A DNA stretch of 40,000 bases from Desulfovibrio sp. UIB00 (GCF_022508225.1 NZ_JAETXJ010000003.1:79556-119555), one strand, 5' to 3'. Numbered from the stretch's first letter, positions 20,156 to 28,653 are shown. Numbers and translations are program-made. The notes: a model not told the origin generated them from the sequence alone.

Positions 20156-22576
20156 TTAAGCGCCGGATGGCAGGCAGGTTTTGCCGCTGATTTTTTGAAT
20201 AAGCTTGTTGAGCGCGCCCGCCTGTAATGCGAGCTGTTCCACAGCTGTTACAGACCGTTCCATTCCGCTGGTTGTTTGATCTGCCACACCGCTGACTTCA
20301 TTCAATACCTGATGGATTTCTTCACTGGTTGCCGACTGTTCTTCAACTGCGGTCGCAATGGAGCGCACCTGATCAGTGGTTAATCCAGCCAGTTCCAAAA
20401 TTTCATACAATGCTATGCCGGATTGATCCGCTAGTTGCGTTGCTTCTTGCACGGCTAGAGCGGCATCTCCCATGCCTTCAGCGGTCTTGCCAGCGCCAGA
20501 TTGAATGGCGGTTATGGCAGAGCTTACTTCCGCAGTTGCTCGCATCGTTTTTTCTGCAAGCTTTCTGACCTCATCGGCAACCACAGCAAATCCACGTCCA
20601 GCTTCACCAGCACGGGCTGCCTCGATAGCGGCGTTCAAAGCCAGAAGGTTGGTCTGATCGGCAATATCTGTGATGACATCCATGATCTGCCCGATATCGG
20701 CAACCTGATCGCCCAGGCCGCTGATATCTTTCTTTAAAATGTCTGTTTGTCCTTTCACGCGGCTAATTGCAGCAACCGACTGCTGCACCGTGGCGGCACC
20801 TTTCTTGGCCTGCTGCATGGTTTTGTCTGCCTGCTGGCTTGCGTCGGAGGCATTTTGGGCAATCTCCACAGCTGTGGCGTTCATCTGGCTGATGGCCACA
20901 GCGGCCTCAGCCGTACGGACGTGCAAGGTGTTCATGCCCTTGCTCGTTTGCTCTACAACCGTTGAAAGTTCTGCTGCTGCCGTTGAAACCTCCCCGGCAA
21001 TGGATCCGGCCTGTTCAGCTGTCTCGCAAATAATCCTGTTTGAGGTAAGCAGTTTTTCCTCCTGCTCCCGGAGTTCCGTGAGGACCGTGAACTGGACAAA
21101 ACAACCAATAAAAGTTGCTGCCGGATCATATATGGGGGTGGCATCAAGTTTTATAAAAAATGCTTTGCCTTTTGTATCGTGACCTTCAAGTGTGCGGCCA
21201 GGGTTTGCCTGTTTTTCTTTGAGCGCTGTAAGTATGTCACCTGATATTTCTGAATTGTGGAGGAAAAAATTTGTTACATGAGTTCCAAAGTGCGTGTCGG
21301 CCCTTTGTTCCATAGCCAGAAAATCACACAAGAGCTGATTCAGATATGTGATGCGGCCTTCCTGATTAACCACCAGGCAGGGAGTAGCAACGCCGCCGAG
21401 TATCCCCTGCACAAATCCAAGTTTTTCCTTGAGAGCCGTAACCATTGCTTCGAGGTCTTGTTTCAGTTGATTAAGTTCGGCTGTACTGCCGTCAGCCTTA
21501 AGAATTGCATGGAGGTTGCCCGCCGCAACCGCGTTGCTATACAGCACCATGCCCCTGATGGTGCGCGTAATGCCGCGACCCACCAGATATGCCAGCAGCG
21601 AGGCCAGTACCAGCGCAACGCCCGTTGCCAACAGCATGGTTGCGCGTTTTGCTTTATAATCATCGATGCGCACAGCAAGTAACACATCCAACTCAGCGGC
21701 GCACACCTCCCAGTAGCGAAATGCTGCATTAAATGCCTTTTCGCCTGCGGCCATAAATTCATTCTGAGGTATTGCTGCCCCAGCCGAAATGCTGTTGAGC
21801 ATGGTAATAAAAGGTTCTGTGGCCGCCTTGTAGCTTTCAAGCGCCGTTTTAAGCTTGGGCGCAAGCGAAGGACTGACCCCATAAAAATTGGGGTCTTCGT
21901 TCAGGGCCGTCTGAGTGTCAGCCAGAATGCGGGAATAGTCGGACTCCTGAAGCATTGCAGCCAGCGTGTGGAACTGGCGCCGTTCGTTTTCTCCAAGTTG
22001 GGATCCGAGCAGGGTCGCGTTGCCAAAATCAAGGATTGACGCGATTCTGCGCTGGGTCTGGGGCAGCGTGAGCAGGGTCATATCCATTGTGTAGTAGCTG
22101 TCCAGGTCCGGATCAAGAATCAGATTTGAGGTGTCGCCGCAGTGAGTAATCATGCCCGAAACATCTTCCATCAATTGGGCAAGCCCCTCTTTGAACGCGG
22201 CGGCATCATTCTTCCTGCTTTTCAGCTGCGCCCACCGATCTGCAACGTCGCCTGGAAAAAGGTGGGAGCGACCACGAATTTTCAGGCCATCAGCGGTGAA
22301 TTGCAGGTCAGATCCATGCAGCCTGTTTGCCGCCTCAAGTTCGGCAAATGCCTGATCAACCTTGCGCTGGCCATCTGGCTGTGTTGTTTTTGGCAGATAC
22401 TCCAGCAGATTTTCCAGTGGTCGTTGAAAAGAGTTACCCTGGGTTTCCAGACTGCTGAAAGAGATTTGCGAATTGATGTTGGATACAGAGATGTAAAGCA
22501 AAACGCCCAGAGGCAATACAAAGGCTATTCCAATAGACGTCAACTTGCCGGAAAGTTTGATGTTTCTTAAGGCCAT
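20156..22576 (-). CDS. Methyl-accepting chemotaxis protein with large periplasmic domain, HAMP and PAS-like module
   Basis: MA core [41 protein letters not shown]. Preferred start is ATG 22576 ([11 protein letters not shown]..., followed by a TM); the ORF track start is 22630. Confidence 0.9.
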   Translation of the reverse strand: MALRNIKLSGKLTSIGIAFVLPLGVLLYISVSNINSQISFSSLETQGNSFQRPLENLLEYLPKTTQPDGQRKVDQAFAELEAANRLHGSDLQFTADGLKIRGRSHLFPGDVADRWAQLKSRKNDAAAFKEGLAQLMEDVSGMITHCGDTSNLILDPDLDSYYTMDMTLLTLPQTQRRIASILDFGNATLLGSQLGENERRQFHTLAAMLQESDYSRILADTQTALNEDPNFYGVSPSLAPKLKTALESYKAATEPFITMLNSISAGAAIPQNEFMAAGEKAFNAAFRYWEVCAAELDVLLAVRIDDYKAKRATMLLATGVALVLASLLAYLVGRGITRTIRGMVLYSNAVAAGNLHAILKADGSTAELNQLKQDLEAMVTALKEKLGFVQGILGGVATPCLVVNQEGRITYLNQLLCDFLAMEQRADTHFGTHVTNFFLHNSEISGDILTALKEKQANPGRTLEGHDTKGKAFFIKLDATPIYDPAATFIGCFVQFTVLTELREQEEKLLTSNRIICETAEQAGSIAGEVSTAAAELSTVVEQTSKGMNTLHVRTAEAAVAISQMNATAVEIAQNASDASQQADKTMQQAKKGAATVQQSVAAISRVKGQTDILKKDISGLGDQVADIGQIMDVITDIADQTNLLALNAAIEAARAGEAGRGFAVVADEVRKLAEKTMRATAEVSSAITAIQSGAGKTAEGMGDAALAVQEATQLADQSGIALYEILELAGLTTDQVRSIATAVEEQSATSEEIHQVLNEVSGVADQTTSGMERSVTAVEQLALQAGALNKLIQKISGKTCLPSGA

Positions 22577-23171
22577 GATAACGGTGCTCCAGAGTAAAGT
22601 AACCACACCGTTCTGCCTGTGGATAAGCACTGGCAGAACAGTTGGGCATCAAGTTCAAAAAACGCGGAACAGGCAGAATCGTACATTGAGCACGTACGTA
22701 TCTTGTTGCGCAGCATTTTTTGAACTGTTCTTTAATCTGCCCTGAAAGGGGGGAGGAGCAGAGAACGACTTATTGGCACAAACGCTCTGGCGCACTGTAA
22801 CACGTATAATTGTGCACACCGCCGCATCAGGTCCAATAAAGTTCACCCAACTCCGGGGGGAGGAGCTCTGGAGTGGCAAATTGTATATAAACTTGCTGAA
22901 TTCTTTTATCCCAAGTTGTATATGTTCTGCAAGTACTAGTGCCCTGGCGTGCGTAGCGGAATCGGATTCAGAAAATGAGGGCAGTACTAAGGGTACTGAA
23001 CGCAAATGATTGCTATAAAACTAGTGTGTCTTTAGTAGATAGCTAGTGCTCTCTCTATTTTTATAGAAATTACCCTAAACGATGGCGTTCAGATGGTAGA
23101 GATGCTCCAACAAAAGTGTCCTTGTTGGCGGCAAAAGAGCGCCATACTCTTGGGAGCAAAGCCAAAAAGGG

Positions 23172-23534
23172 TTAATTCTCTCTTGCCTTCTCCTCAAAAT
23201 AATCTTTTAGCGCCACAGCATTATTTATTTCTGTAGCTTTTGCGGCGTAGAGCAGTATCACGGTCGGATTCTGGCGGAGAATGGTCAGCATCTGCGCAAC
23301 AGCAGATGAGGCAGCATCAAGCTCGGCGAAATAGCGCTTCTTGAATTCTGGCCATTTGGTTTCATCGTGTGCGAACCACTTCCGCAGGTTGTCTGAGGGG
23401 GCGATATCTTTAAGCCACACATCCCACGGGGCAGCGCTTTTGGAAATCCCCCGGGGCCACAGCCTGTCCACAAGAACCCGTATTCCTGCTGGCTCGGCAT
23501 CGTGTGCATATACGCGGCGCAAAATAATATTCAT
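23172..23534 (-). CDS. DUF488-family protein
   Basis: IRVLVDRLWPRGISK...WLKDIAPSDNLRKWFAHDETKWPEFKKRY matches the remembered DUF488 signature. Preferred start is ATG 23534. Confidence 0.8.
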   Translation of the reverse strand: MNIILRRVYAHDAEPAGIRVLVDRLWPRGISKSAAPWDVWLKDIAPSDNLRKWFAHDETKWPEFKKRYFAELDAASSAVAQMLTILRQNPTVILLYAAKATEINNAVALKDYFEEKAREN

Positions 23535-23684
23535 GGCATTAACCCTGTCTGGGTGTGGCGACATTGCTAAGATTGCGCAGCGCAGGGGGCAATGCAAGTA
23601 AAATAGCTAGTAACTTAGTTGGTAGATTCCTGGTTAAAATTTATCTACTAGTTGATTTGCTGAAAATTTGACTGGAGGCATTGC

Positions 23685-23972
23685 TTGAAATTCGTACAGA
23701 ACAGCGCATTTTTGATACTGTTTTTGCTCATATCCGGCTGCGGCTTGATTATTGATATTGCATGCCTTGCGACAGGAAGACCGGGGACACAAAAACCGGA
23801 TTCTGAAAAAACAGACTTTGAAAGATCAATGGATAAAACAAATAAAGAGCAAGGCAATTGGGTACGGGACCAACAACGGAAGTTAGAAGAAGATCGACAA
23901 CGCAGCATAAGAGAGAGCAATGAAAAGATGCAGCGTTGGGCAGAAGAAGCTAAGCAAAAGCAGAAAAATTGA
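23685..23972 (+). CDS. Small putative lipoprotein with charged C-terminal tail
   Basis: The TTG start is preceded by GGAGG (23674-23678). It has a signal peptide with lipobox LLISGC. No family was recognised. Confidence 0.55.
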   Translation: MKFVQNSAFLILFLLISGCGLIIDIACLATGRPGTQKPDSEKTDFERSMDKTNKEQGNWVRDQQRKLEEDRQRSIRESNEKMQRWAEEAKQKQKN

Positions 23973-24207
23973 AGTTTACCTGAGTATTGAGTTGACCAGT
24001 ATTGGGGTGGCAAAGCCACAATTCGCGCTAGGTCGTAATCCCCGTTACATATCTGCTTGCTCTGCGGCAGAAGCGCACCGAGGAATGGGCAAAGCCTTGA
24101 GCAATGCGGCCCGCATTGGGAGATATGTTTGGAAGAATAGCGGTGTCTTTGGATTTGCGCCTTGTAGCGCCGCGCTTAAAGGAAAAATCCTGGAATGATT
24201 ATATAAG

Positions 24208-24236
24208 TTGACAGAGCCGGCGGTTCCGCGTAGATA
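24208..24236 (+). promoter_or_regulatory. Sigma-70-like promoter of tRNA-Pro copy 1
   Basis: TTGACA (24208-24213), 17 nt, then TAGATA (24231-24236), 12 nt before the tRNA 5' end. A similar arrangement sits upstream of copy 2. Confidence 0.45.
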
Positions 24237-24248
24237 CACCTTTCGCGT

Positions 24249-24325
24249 CGGGATGTAGCGCAGCCTGGGAGCGCACTTGAATGGGGTTCAAGGGGTCGAA
24301 GGTTCAAATCCTTTCATCCCGACCA
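24249..24325 (+). tRNA. tRNA-Pro (anticodon GGG)
   Basis: Hand-folded cloverleaf. Acceptor is CGGGATG/CATCCCG and D arm GCGC..GCGC. The anticodon stem CTTGA/TCAAG has loop A-T-GGG-G-T. T arm is GAAGG-TTCAAAT-CCTTT, with discriminator A and an encoded CCA. Confidence 0.9.
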
Positions 24326-24327
24326 GA
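24281..24327 (+). repeat. attL: 47-bp direct repeat (tRNA-Pro anticodon loop to CCA plus GA)
   Basis: atggggttcaaggggtcgaaggttcaaatcctttcatcccgaccaga is identical at 31965-32011. Confidence 0.85.
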
Positions 24328-24333
24328 ATTTGG

Positions 24334-24365
24334 GGGAATTCATGGAAACATGAATTCCCTTTTTT
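24334..24365 (+). terminator. tRNA terminator hairpin (island-side version)
   Basis: gggaattcatg-gaaa-catgaattccc followed by tttttt. The same sequence occurs in reverse complement at 34194-34225, and a variant at 32020-32050. Confidence 0.8.
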
Positions 24366-24384
24366 CGTTGGTGGCGAGGAGCCG

Positions 24385-24849
24385 TTATTCAAATGCAGCT
24401 CCATATATTTTTAAGCGAATCCATAACCTTTTAACAGGATTAACCTCCCACCCAAATGCTAGTTTCGGAAAATTTTGAGTAGACCCTATTGCAAAAGCAC
24501 CCACAAGCCGCTCCCCAGTACGGCATTTAATTTCGCAATGTTGATTATACTCCATATTCTCTAGTTTACCTCTCTTTTCAATGTCATATCTGTCGCATTC
24601 TGACGCGCATTCACCAATCCAAGGGATTGACTCCAATTGTCCATCCTCTTTAATAAATCCATAGTCTCGTATGGAAATAGGTCGAAAGCTTTTGCTAACG
24701 ATAAACATAGCATCTCTATCATCCATTTCAGAACGGTAGGAGCCATATTTAACTACAAATCTATCCTTCCTCTCAAACAACTTATCATAAATAACGATTA
24801 TACCGCCTATTGCAGATATAAGAATTCCAAAATCAGACAGATTTATCAT
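24385..24849 (-). CDS. Hypothetical single-TM protein (paralog of 33710..34174)
   Basis: 154 aa. N-terminal TM is FGILISAIGGIIVIY, followed by a Cys-containing ~125-aa domain (WIGECASECD...CEIKC). It differs from the second copy at 21 of 154 positions by eye, mostly conservatively. No family was recognised. Confidence 0.7.
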   Translation of the reverse strand: MINLSDFGILISAIGGIIVIYDKLFERKDRFVVKYGSYRSEMDDRDAMFIVSKSFRPISIRDYGFIKEDGQLESIPWIGECASECDRYDIEKRGKLENMEYNQHCEIKCRTGERLVGAFAIGSTQNFPKLAFGWEVNPVKRLWIRLKIYGAAFE

Positions 24850-24962
24850 AATAAAAGCCTACCTTGCAGACTTTAAAATATTGTGTATGGGTCAAATTAA
24901 TTCATGGAAATATAGATTTTATTTTTTATTAAAAACTATGCATGAAATAGTGATAGCACAAG

Positions 24963-25418
24963 TTAGTTATTGCATCTATACATTTGCCTAACTAGCACTA
25001 CAATGAAAAGTAAAAATGACCATACAGATGTGATGCATAAAAAAATTAAATATTTAAATGTTTCAGTTGTATTATAATAGGCAAGAAGTGTTGCTATATA
25101 TGTAATACACCCAATGAAAGTAATGTATAAATAATTTAATAATAATATTTTAAAATATCCCTCTTTCTTGTATAATTGTAAATGTGGAGAATCAATAGAA
25201 AATAATATTGCTATTGCAGTAGTAATAAATCCAACAATAGATATTGTTGAAGATGCTACAATTGATGAGAAGCTATCTATTTTTTGGCAGACAATAGTAA
25301 AATAACATTCAAAAAAATTAGTTTTCGTGAGAAAGAAAAAAAGCATTCCAGGAATTGTCACGTTCATACATAGTAGCACTAGTGACATCGTCAGAATTTT
25401 GTTTGATTTTTTCTTCAT
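24963..25418 (-). CDS. RexB-like four-TM membrane protein
   Basis: 151 aa with a basic N-terminus (MKKKSNK) and four hydrophobic segments. Size, topology and a central stretch (KKEGYFKILLLNYLY) resemble remembered lambda RexB (144 aa). It lies directly downstream of the RexA-like gene. The start is uncertain (25418, 25388, 25367 or 25346). Confidence 0.65.
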   Translation of the reverse strand: MKKKSNKILTMSLVLLCMNVTIPGMLFFFLTKTNFFECYFTIVCQKIDSFSSIVASSTISIVGFITTAIAILFSIDSPHLQLYKKEGYFKILLLNYLYITFIGCITYIATLLAYYNTTETFKYLIFLCITSVWSFLLFIVVLVRQMYRCNN

Positions 25419-26259
25419 TAATAAAATCTCTTACTTTATCTATAACAACGTCATTTGCAATGTCTTTCTTATTCATTGTTGCCGCAATTGATTCTTCATT
25501 CTGTGATATGCTTATAATATCACTTACAGCTCCACTTCCAACGATATAAAAATCTGTGGCGGCTTCTCCAAATTCATGCTTAGCTTTAACTACAAATTTT
25601 TTTAAATCTTCATCCTTGATAGTAGAAGCAATTGCCTGAAATGATGCATTGATATCCTTTCTCTTCTTTGGTTTAATAATTATTTCAATAGCATCGGTGT
25701 CAGTTTCAATTTTGTCTCCGAAGTATTCTTTAAGACACTGAAAAATTCCATTATTCATTCCAACTTCAAAAGTTGCCCTTCCAACAAAGGGCATCTTCAA
25801 TACTTCTGCAGTGGTAGCAGAAGATGTGAGAGGATAAACTTTGAAATTTATTCCCAGAACATCGAGATTTTTTAAAATACAATTTATTAATTGCGTGAAT
25901 TTGGTAATTTTGGGTCCGTAAAAAGTTGACCCAATGCCAAAATAATCTTTTCTTGGAAGAATATATGACGCGAAACCCAATGATTCATCAGCAGATAGCT
26001 TATCATAAATATCAGACTGAGACATTTGATTTTCATTTATAGCTTTAATAATTTCTGAACTTTTTGTCATTACAAAAAGATATACTCCATCAGAAACATA
26101 AAATATAAATAATTTTTCACCGAATTCAGTTACTAAATTCTTTTTAAATGCAGCAGGGGCATGACGATCAAAATTACGAATAAATTCTCGCAAATTAAAG
26201 GAATATTTAGATTCTGTAGAATCCAGAACTAAATAGTGTGCGAAGTAGTTAACTTTCAT
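25318..26259 (-). CDS. RexA-like protein
   Basis: 313 aa from ATG 26259 (GAGGGA upstream; the ORF track starts at TTG 26310). By-eye collinear matches to remembered lambda RexA: LSADESLGFASY/LADDESLGFPSF, FYGPKITKFTQLI/VFGPTTSDLTDFL, PFVGRATFEV/HFIGRTTVKV, IEIIIKPKKRKDI/LDIVIKPKFKRDI. Confidence 0.75.
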   Translation of the reverse strand: MKVNYFAHYLVLDSTESKYSFNLREFIRNFDRHAPAAFKKNLVTEFGEKLFIFYVSDGVYLFVMTKSSEIIKAINENQMSQSDIYDKLSADESLGFASYILPRKDYFGIGSTFYGPKITKFTQLINCILKNLDVLGINFKVYPLTSSATTAEVLKMPFVGRATFEVGMNNGIFQCLKEYFGDKIETDTDAIEIIIKPKKRKDINASFQAIASTIKDEDLKKFVVKAKHEFGEAATDFYIVGSGAVSDIISISQNEESIAATMNKKDIANDVVIDKVRDFINEEKIKQNSDDVTSATMYERDNSWNAFFLSHEN

Positions 26260-26709
26260 GCATCCCTCATTATTTATCGTTTCATAAAAAATATCAGCAA
26301 ATTTAAACAATGCAACTTATTTCGAACAAGACATATTTAACTATCTAATTTTAATATGTTATTTGGAAAAAATTAGAATGATGCTATAAGAATACGAAGT
26401 TGTTCATCTGCCACTCATGGGTATTATTAGCTTTATTTCTCCCTCCTTTCCCCAATACCCCCCTCCAATCCTTCCGCCCCCAAATCTCCCCCTAGGGTTT
26501 GCCCTGGGTCGAATTTGAGCCCTACTGCGATTTTTTTCTTGGAATGATGGTTGGGTCAGGATTTGTTAAAAAATCCCCTTAGAATCAAAATTTGGCCCAA
26601 AGTTCGATTTCATATGGTAACGGCAAGATCATGCATATATGCAAATAAAATCGCTCTATTGAATATTTTCAGATAGATATGTGAATACAATCTATTTGGA
26701 GGTATTCTG

Positions 26710-27102
26710 ATGGAATGTAATGATTGGAAATTGATTTGCTGTTACACAAGGAAACGAGCAATCGATGATGGAATCATGGTTGATGTATCAGATTTTGTTA
26801 GCGACTTTGGGTTTATTGTTCCAGTTGCAATAACAAATAACCTTTTCACACGGTATATTCAGCCAACAAATAAATTGGCTGAAGCTGGACAATCTTCAGA
26901 ATCAAGAATGATTGATTTGCTCGTTGTTATGATGATAAAATTATTTCAACGACCAAATACAGAACAACTTTCATTCAATGTTAGCTTTGACATGGAATAT
27001 GAAGAGAAGATTGAATCAAAGCTCGTTCAAATCTTAGCGGTAATCGGTCAAGGTGATGCTGGGGAACCAGTGCTGACAATAATGCTACCTGAAGACTTTT
27101 AG
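26710..27102 (+). CDS. Small acidic protein of mobile-element type (possibly DUF6573-like)
   Basis: 130 aa with GGAGG 6 nt upstream. YTRKRAIDDGIMVDVSDF...GFIVPVAIT...PVLTIMLPEDF resembles small proteins I recall from plasmid and ICE accessory regions. The family name comes from memory only. Confidence 0.55.
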   Translation: MECNDWKLICCYTRKRAIDDGIMVDVSDFVSDFGFIVPVAITNNLFTRYIQPTNKLAEAGQSSESRMIDLLVVMMIKLFQRPNTEQLSFNVSFDMEYEEKIESKLVQILAVIGQGDAGEPVLTIMLPEDF

Positions 27103-27113
27103 TTAAAAAAAAT

Positions 27114-27139
27114 GGCCGGAATTAGTCCGGTCTTTTTTT
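27114..27139 (+). terminator. Rho-independent terminator
   Basis: 7-bp stem (ggccgga/tccggtc, with one G:U) and a 5-nt loop, followed by T7. It is preceded by an A8 run, so it may act in both directions. Confidence 0.7.
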
Positions 27140-27612
27140 GTGAATTAATAACTTAGCAACTTAATATGGTATGAGGCAGTGTTCATGGTGATTGAAAAGA
27201 TGTTCAAGCGATGAAGCAACTGTATGAAGCGTGTATCAATGATCTTAAAAACTAACTGTAATAATTGACAAAATAAATCTGTCCGTTAATTTTGAGCTAC
27301 GATTTCGAATGGATTTTGCCGTTAAAATCACATCACAAGGAGTTATTGATGAGAAATGCTGTCTGTTTTGTATTAGGTATGTCTAAGATGCTTACATTAC
27401 ATCATATTCCATGAACTTTGCTTAATCAGCGGTCCTATGCCGCATGATTAGCGAACTGTCTTCTTATTATTGCAACATGATGATTTTATTATATTTGTAA
27501 AGAAAGTTATTTTATTTAAGTATGTTATTTAGTCGTAGTTTAAAAGTATTCACAAAATTATTTTAATTACGGTGAGTTATGAAACAATACAGAATTTGCG
27601 AAGGTTTTAAAC

Positions 27613-28641
27613 ATGAGCATCGTACAGAACACACCTCAAGAGAATTCTAACTTTAAAGCACTGAGTTTAGAAACACTTTTAAAACAAAGCTACAACGTTG
27701 AATATCTGATTGATCAAATTCTTCCAAAAAATGAATCACTGTTAATTGTTGGAAAATGTGGATGCGGAAAATCAACTTTGGTGATGCAGATCGCTGTAGA
27801 GCTTTGCGACCCATCACATAACTTGTTCTTAGGTCTGTTGCCAATTTCACCAAGTCCACAACCTCGCAAAGTACTCATAATCCAAGCTGAGAACCATGGT
27901 GGAGGACTTTCGAAGCATTTTACCGAAATGCTTCAAGGACGGTCCATGGCATCGTGCCAATCGATTTTGACCGGAATCTATTTCATGAGCAACAAGCTCA
28001 CAGGTAGGGCCAGCGGTGATTTGATGGCACCAGCGTTTTACGCAGAGGTTGAACGGCTTCTTGCAGCCGGGCACTACGATGTTGTTATTCTGGACCCTCT
28101 CGCGAGTTTCCATTCGAGCGAAGAATTCAATAATGAGCAGATGCGGCGCGTATTGGATAGGTTGCAAGCTCTCACTGAGAATTACCATGCAACGCTGATT
28201 GTGGTGCATCACGATGGTAAAAATCCCGCAAACTCTACTGGGGGTCGTGGTGCAAGCTCAATCGGAGATTGGGCCGCAAACGTGTGGCAGATTCGGAACA
28301 ATAAAGGAAAGTTTGAGCTTGAGAATCTTAAAGCTAGGAATTCTGCAAGGTATCCATCAGTGATTAAGCTCGAGTTGAAAAATTCCATCTTTACTGCATC
28401 ATCAGCAACATCTAATTCGTTACATGCAGACCTTGCATATGTTGTTAATGCTTTAAAAAATCTGAATGGACAAGCGAATTCAACTAGCGATTTGGTTAAT
28501 GAAACGTCAAGGTTACTTAGAAATGATGGAAAAGCATCTTCACCGAGCATTGCAAGACCATTAATTGATAAAGCTGTAAATTCTGGATTAGTTACTGAAA
28601 TTCATCCAGGAGGAAATAAGATTACGTTCAAATTGATTTAA
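27613..28641 (+). CDS. RecA-fold AAA ATPase (RepA/AAA_25-like) with C-terminal winged-helix-like tail
   Basis: 342 aa. Walker A is GKCGCGKST and Walker B VVILDPL, with a LIVVHHDGKN sensor-like block. This type is typical of replication or mobilisation ATPases of small integrative elements. Confidence 0.8.
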   Translation: MSIVQNTPQENSNFKALSLETLLKQSYNVEYLIDQILPKNESLLIVGKCGCGKSTLVMQIAVELCDPSHNLFLGLLPISPSPQPRKVLIIQAENHGGGLSKHFTEMLQGRSMASCQSILTGIYFMSNKLTGRASGDLMAPAFYAEVERLLAAGHYDVVILDPLASFHSSEEFNNEQMRRVLDRLQALTENYHATLIVVHHDGKNPANSTGGRGASSIGDWAANVWQIRNNKGKFELENLKARNSARYPSVIKLELKNSIFTASSATSNSLHADLAYVVNALKNLNGQANSTSDLVNETSRLLRNDGKASSPSIARPLIDKAVNSGLVTEIHPGGNKITFKLI

Positions 28642-28653
28642 CAATAATAAATA

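Larger units (their letters stand above)
24208..24849 (+). repeat. Left arm of ~0.6-kb inverted repeat (promoter-tRNA-hairpin-ORF)
   Basis: 24249 to about 24472 is identical to the reverse complement of about 34087-34310. This is confirmed by the identical 65-aa artefact ORFs at 24281..24478 and 34081..34278. The rest diverges to roughly 85-90% by eye. Confidence 0.85.

Noticed and set aside
22655-23009. ORFs 22655..23005 (-) and 22773..23009 (+).
   Set aside because: They overlap each other on opposite strands, have no recognisable domains and no properly spaced RBS. The region is kept only as an unexplained non-coding finding.
23648-24198. ORFs 23648..24019 (-) and 23920..24198 (+).
   Set aside because: The first is antisense to the better-supported lipoprotein ORF (RBS plus lipobox). 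The second runs through the tRNA promoter region with no RBS and no features.
24281-24478. Identical 65-aa ORFs at 24281..24478 (+) and 34081..34278 (-).
   Set aside because: They start inside the tRNA-Pro gene and read through its terminator hairpin. Their identity only reflects the inverted DNA repeat. They are useful as proof of the repeat but are not genes.
26417-26518. 33-codon proline-rich sORF (MGIISFISPSFPQYPPPILPPPNLPLGFALGRI) across the C-rich tract.
   Set aside because: It has no SD upstream, and its proline richness is a trivial consequence of the C-runs. The tract is treated as a nucleic-acid-level signal instead.
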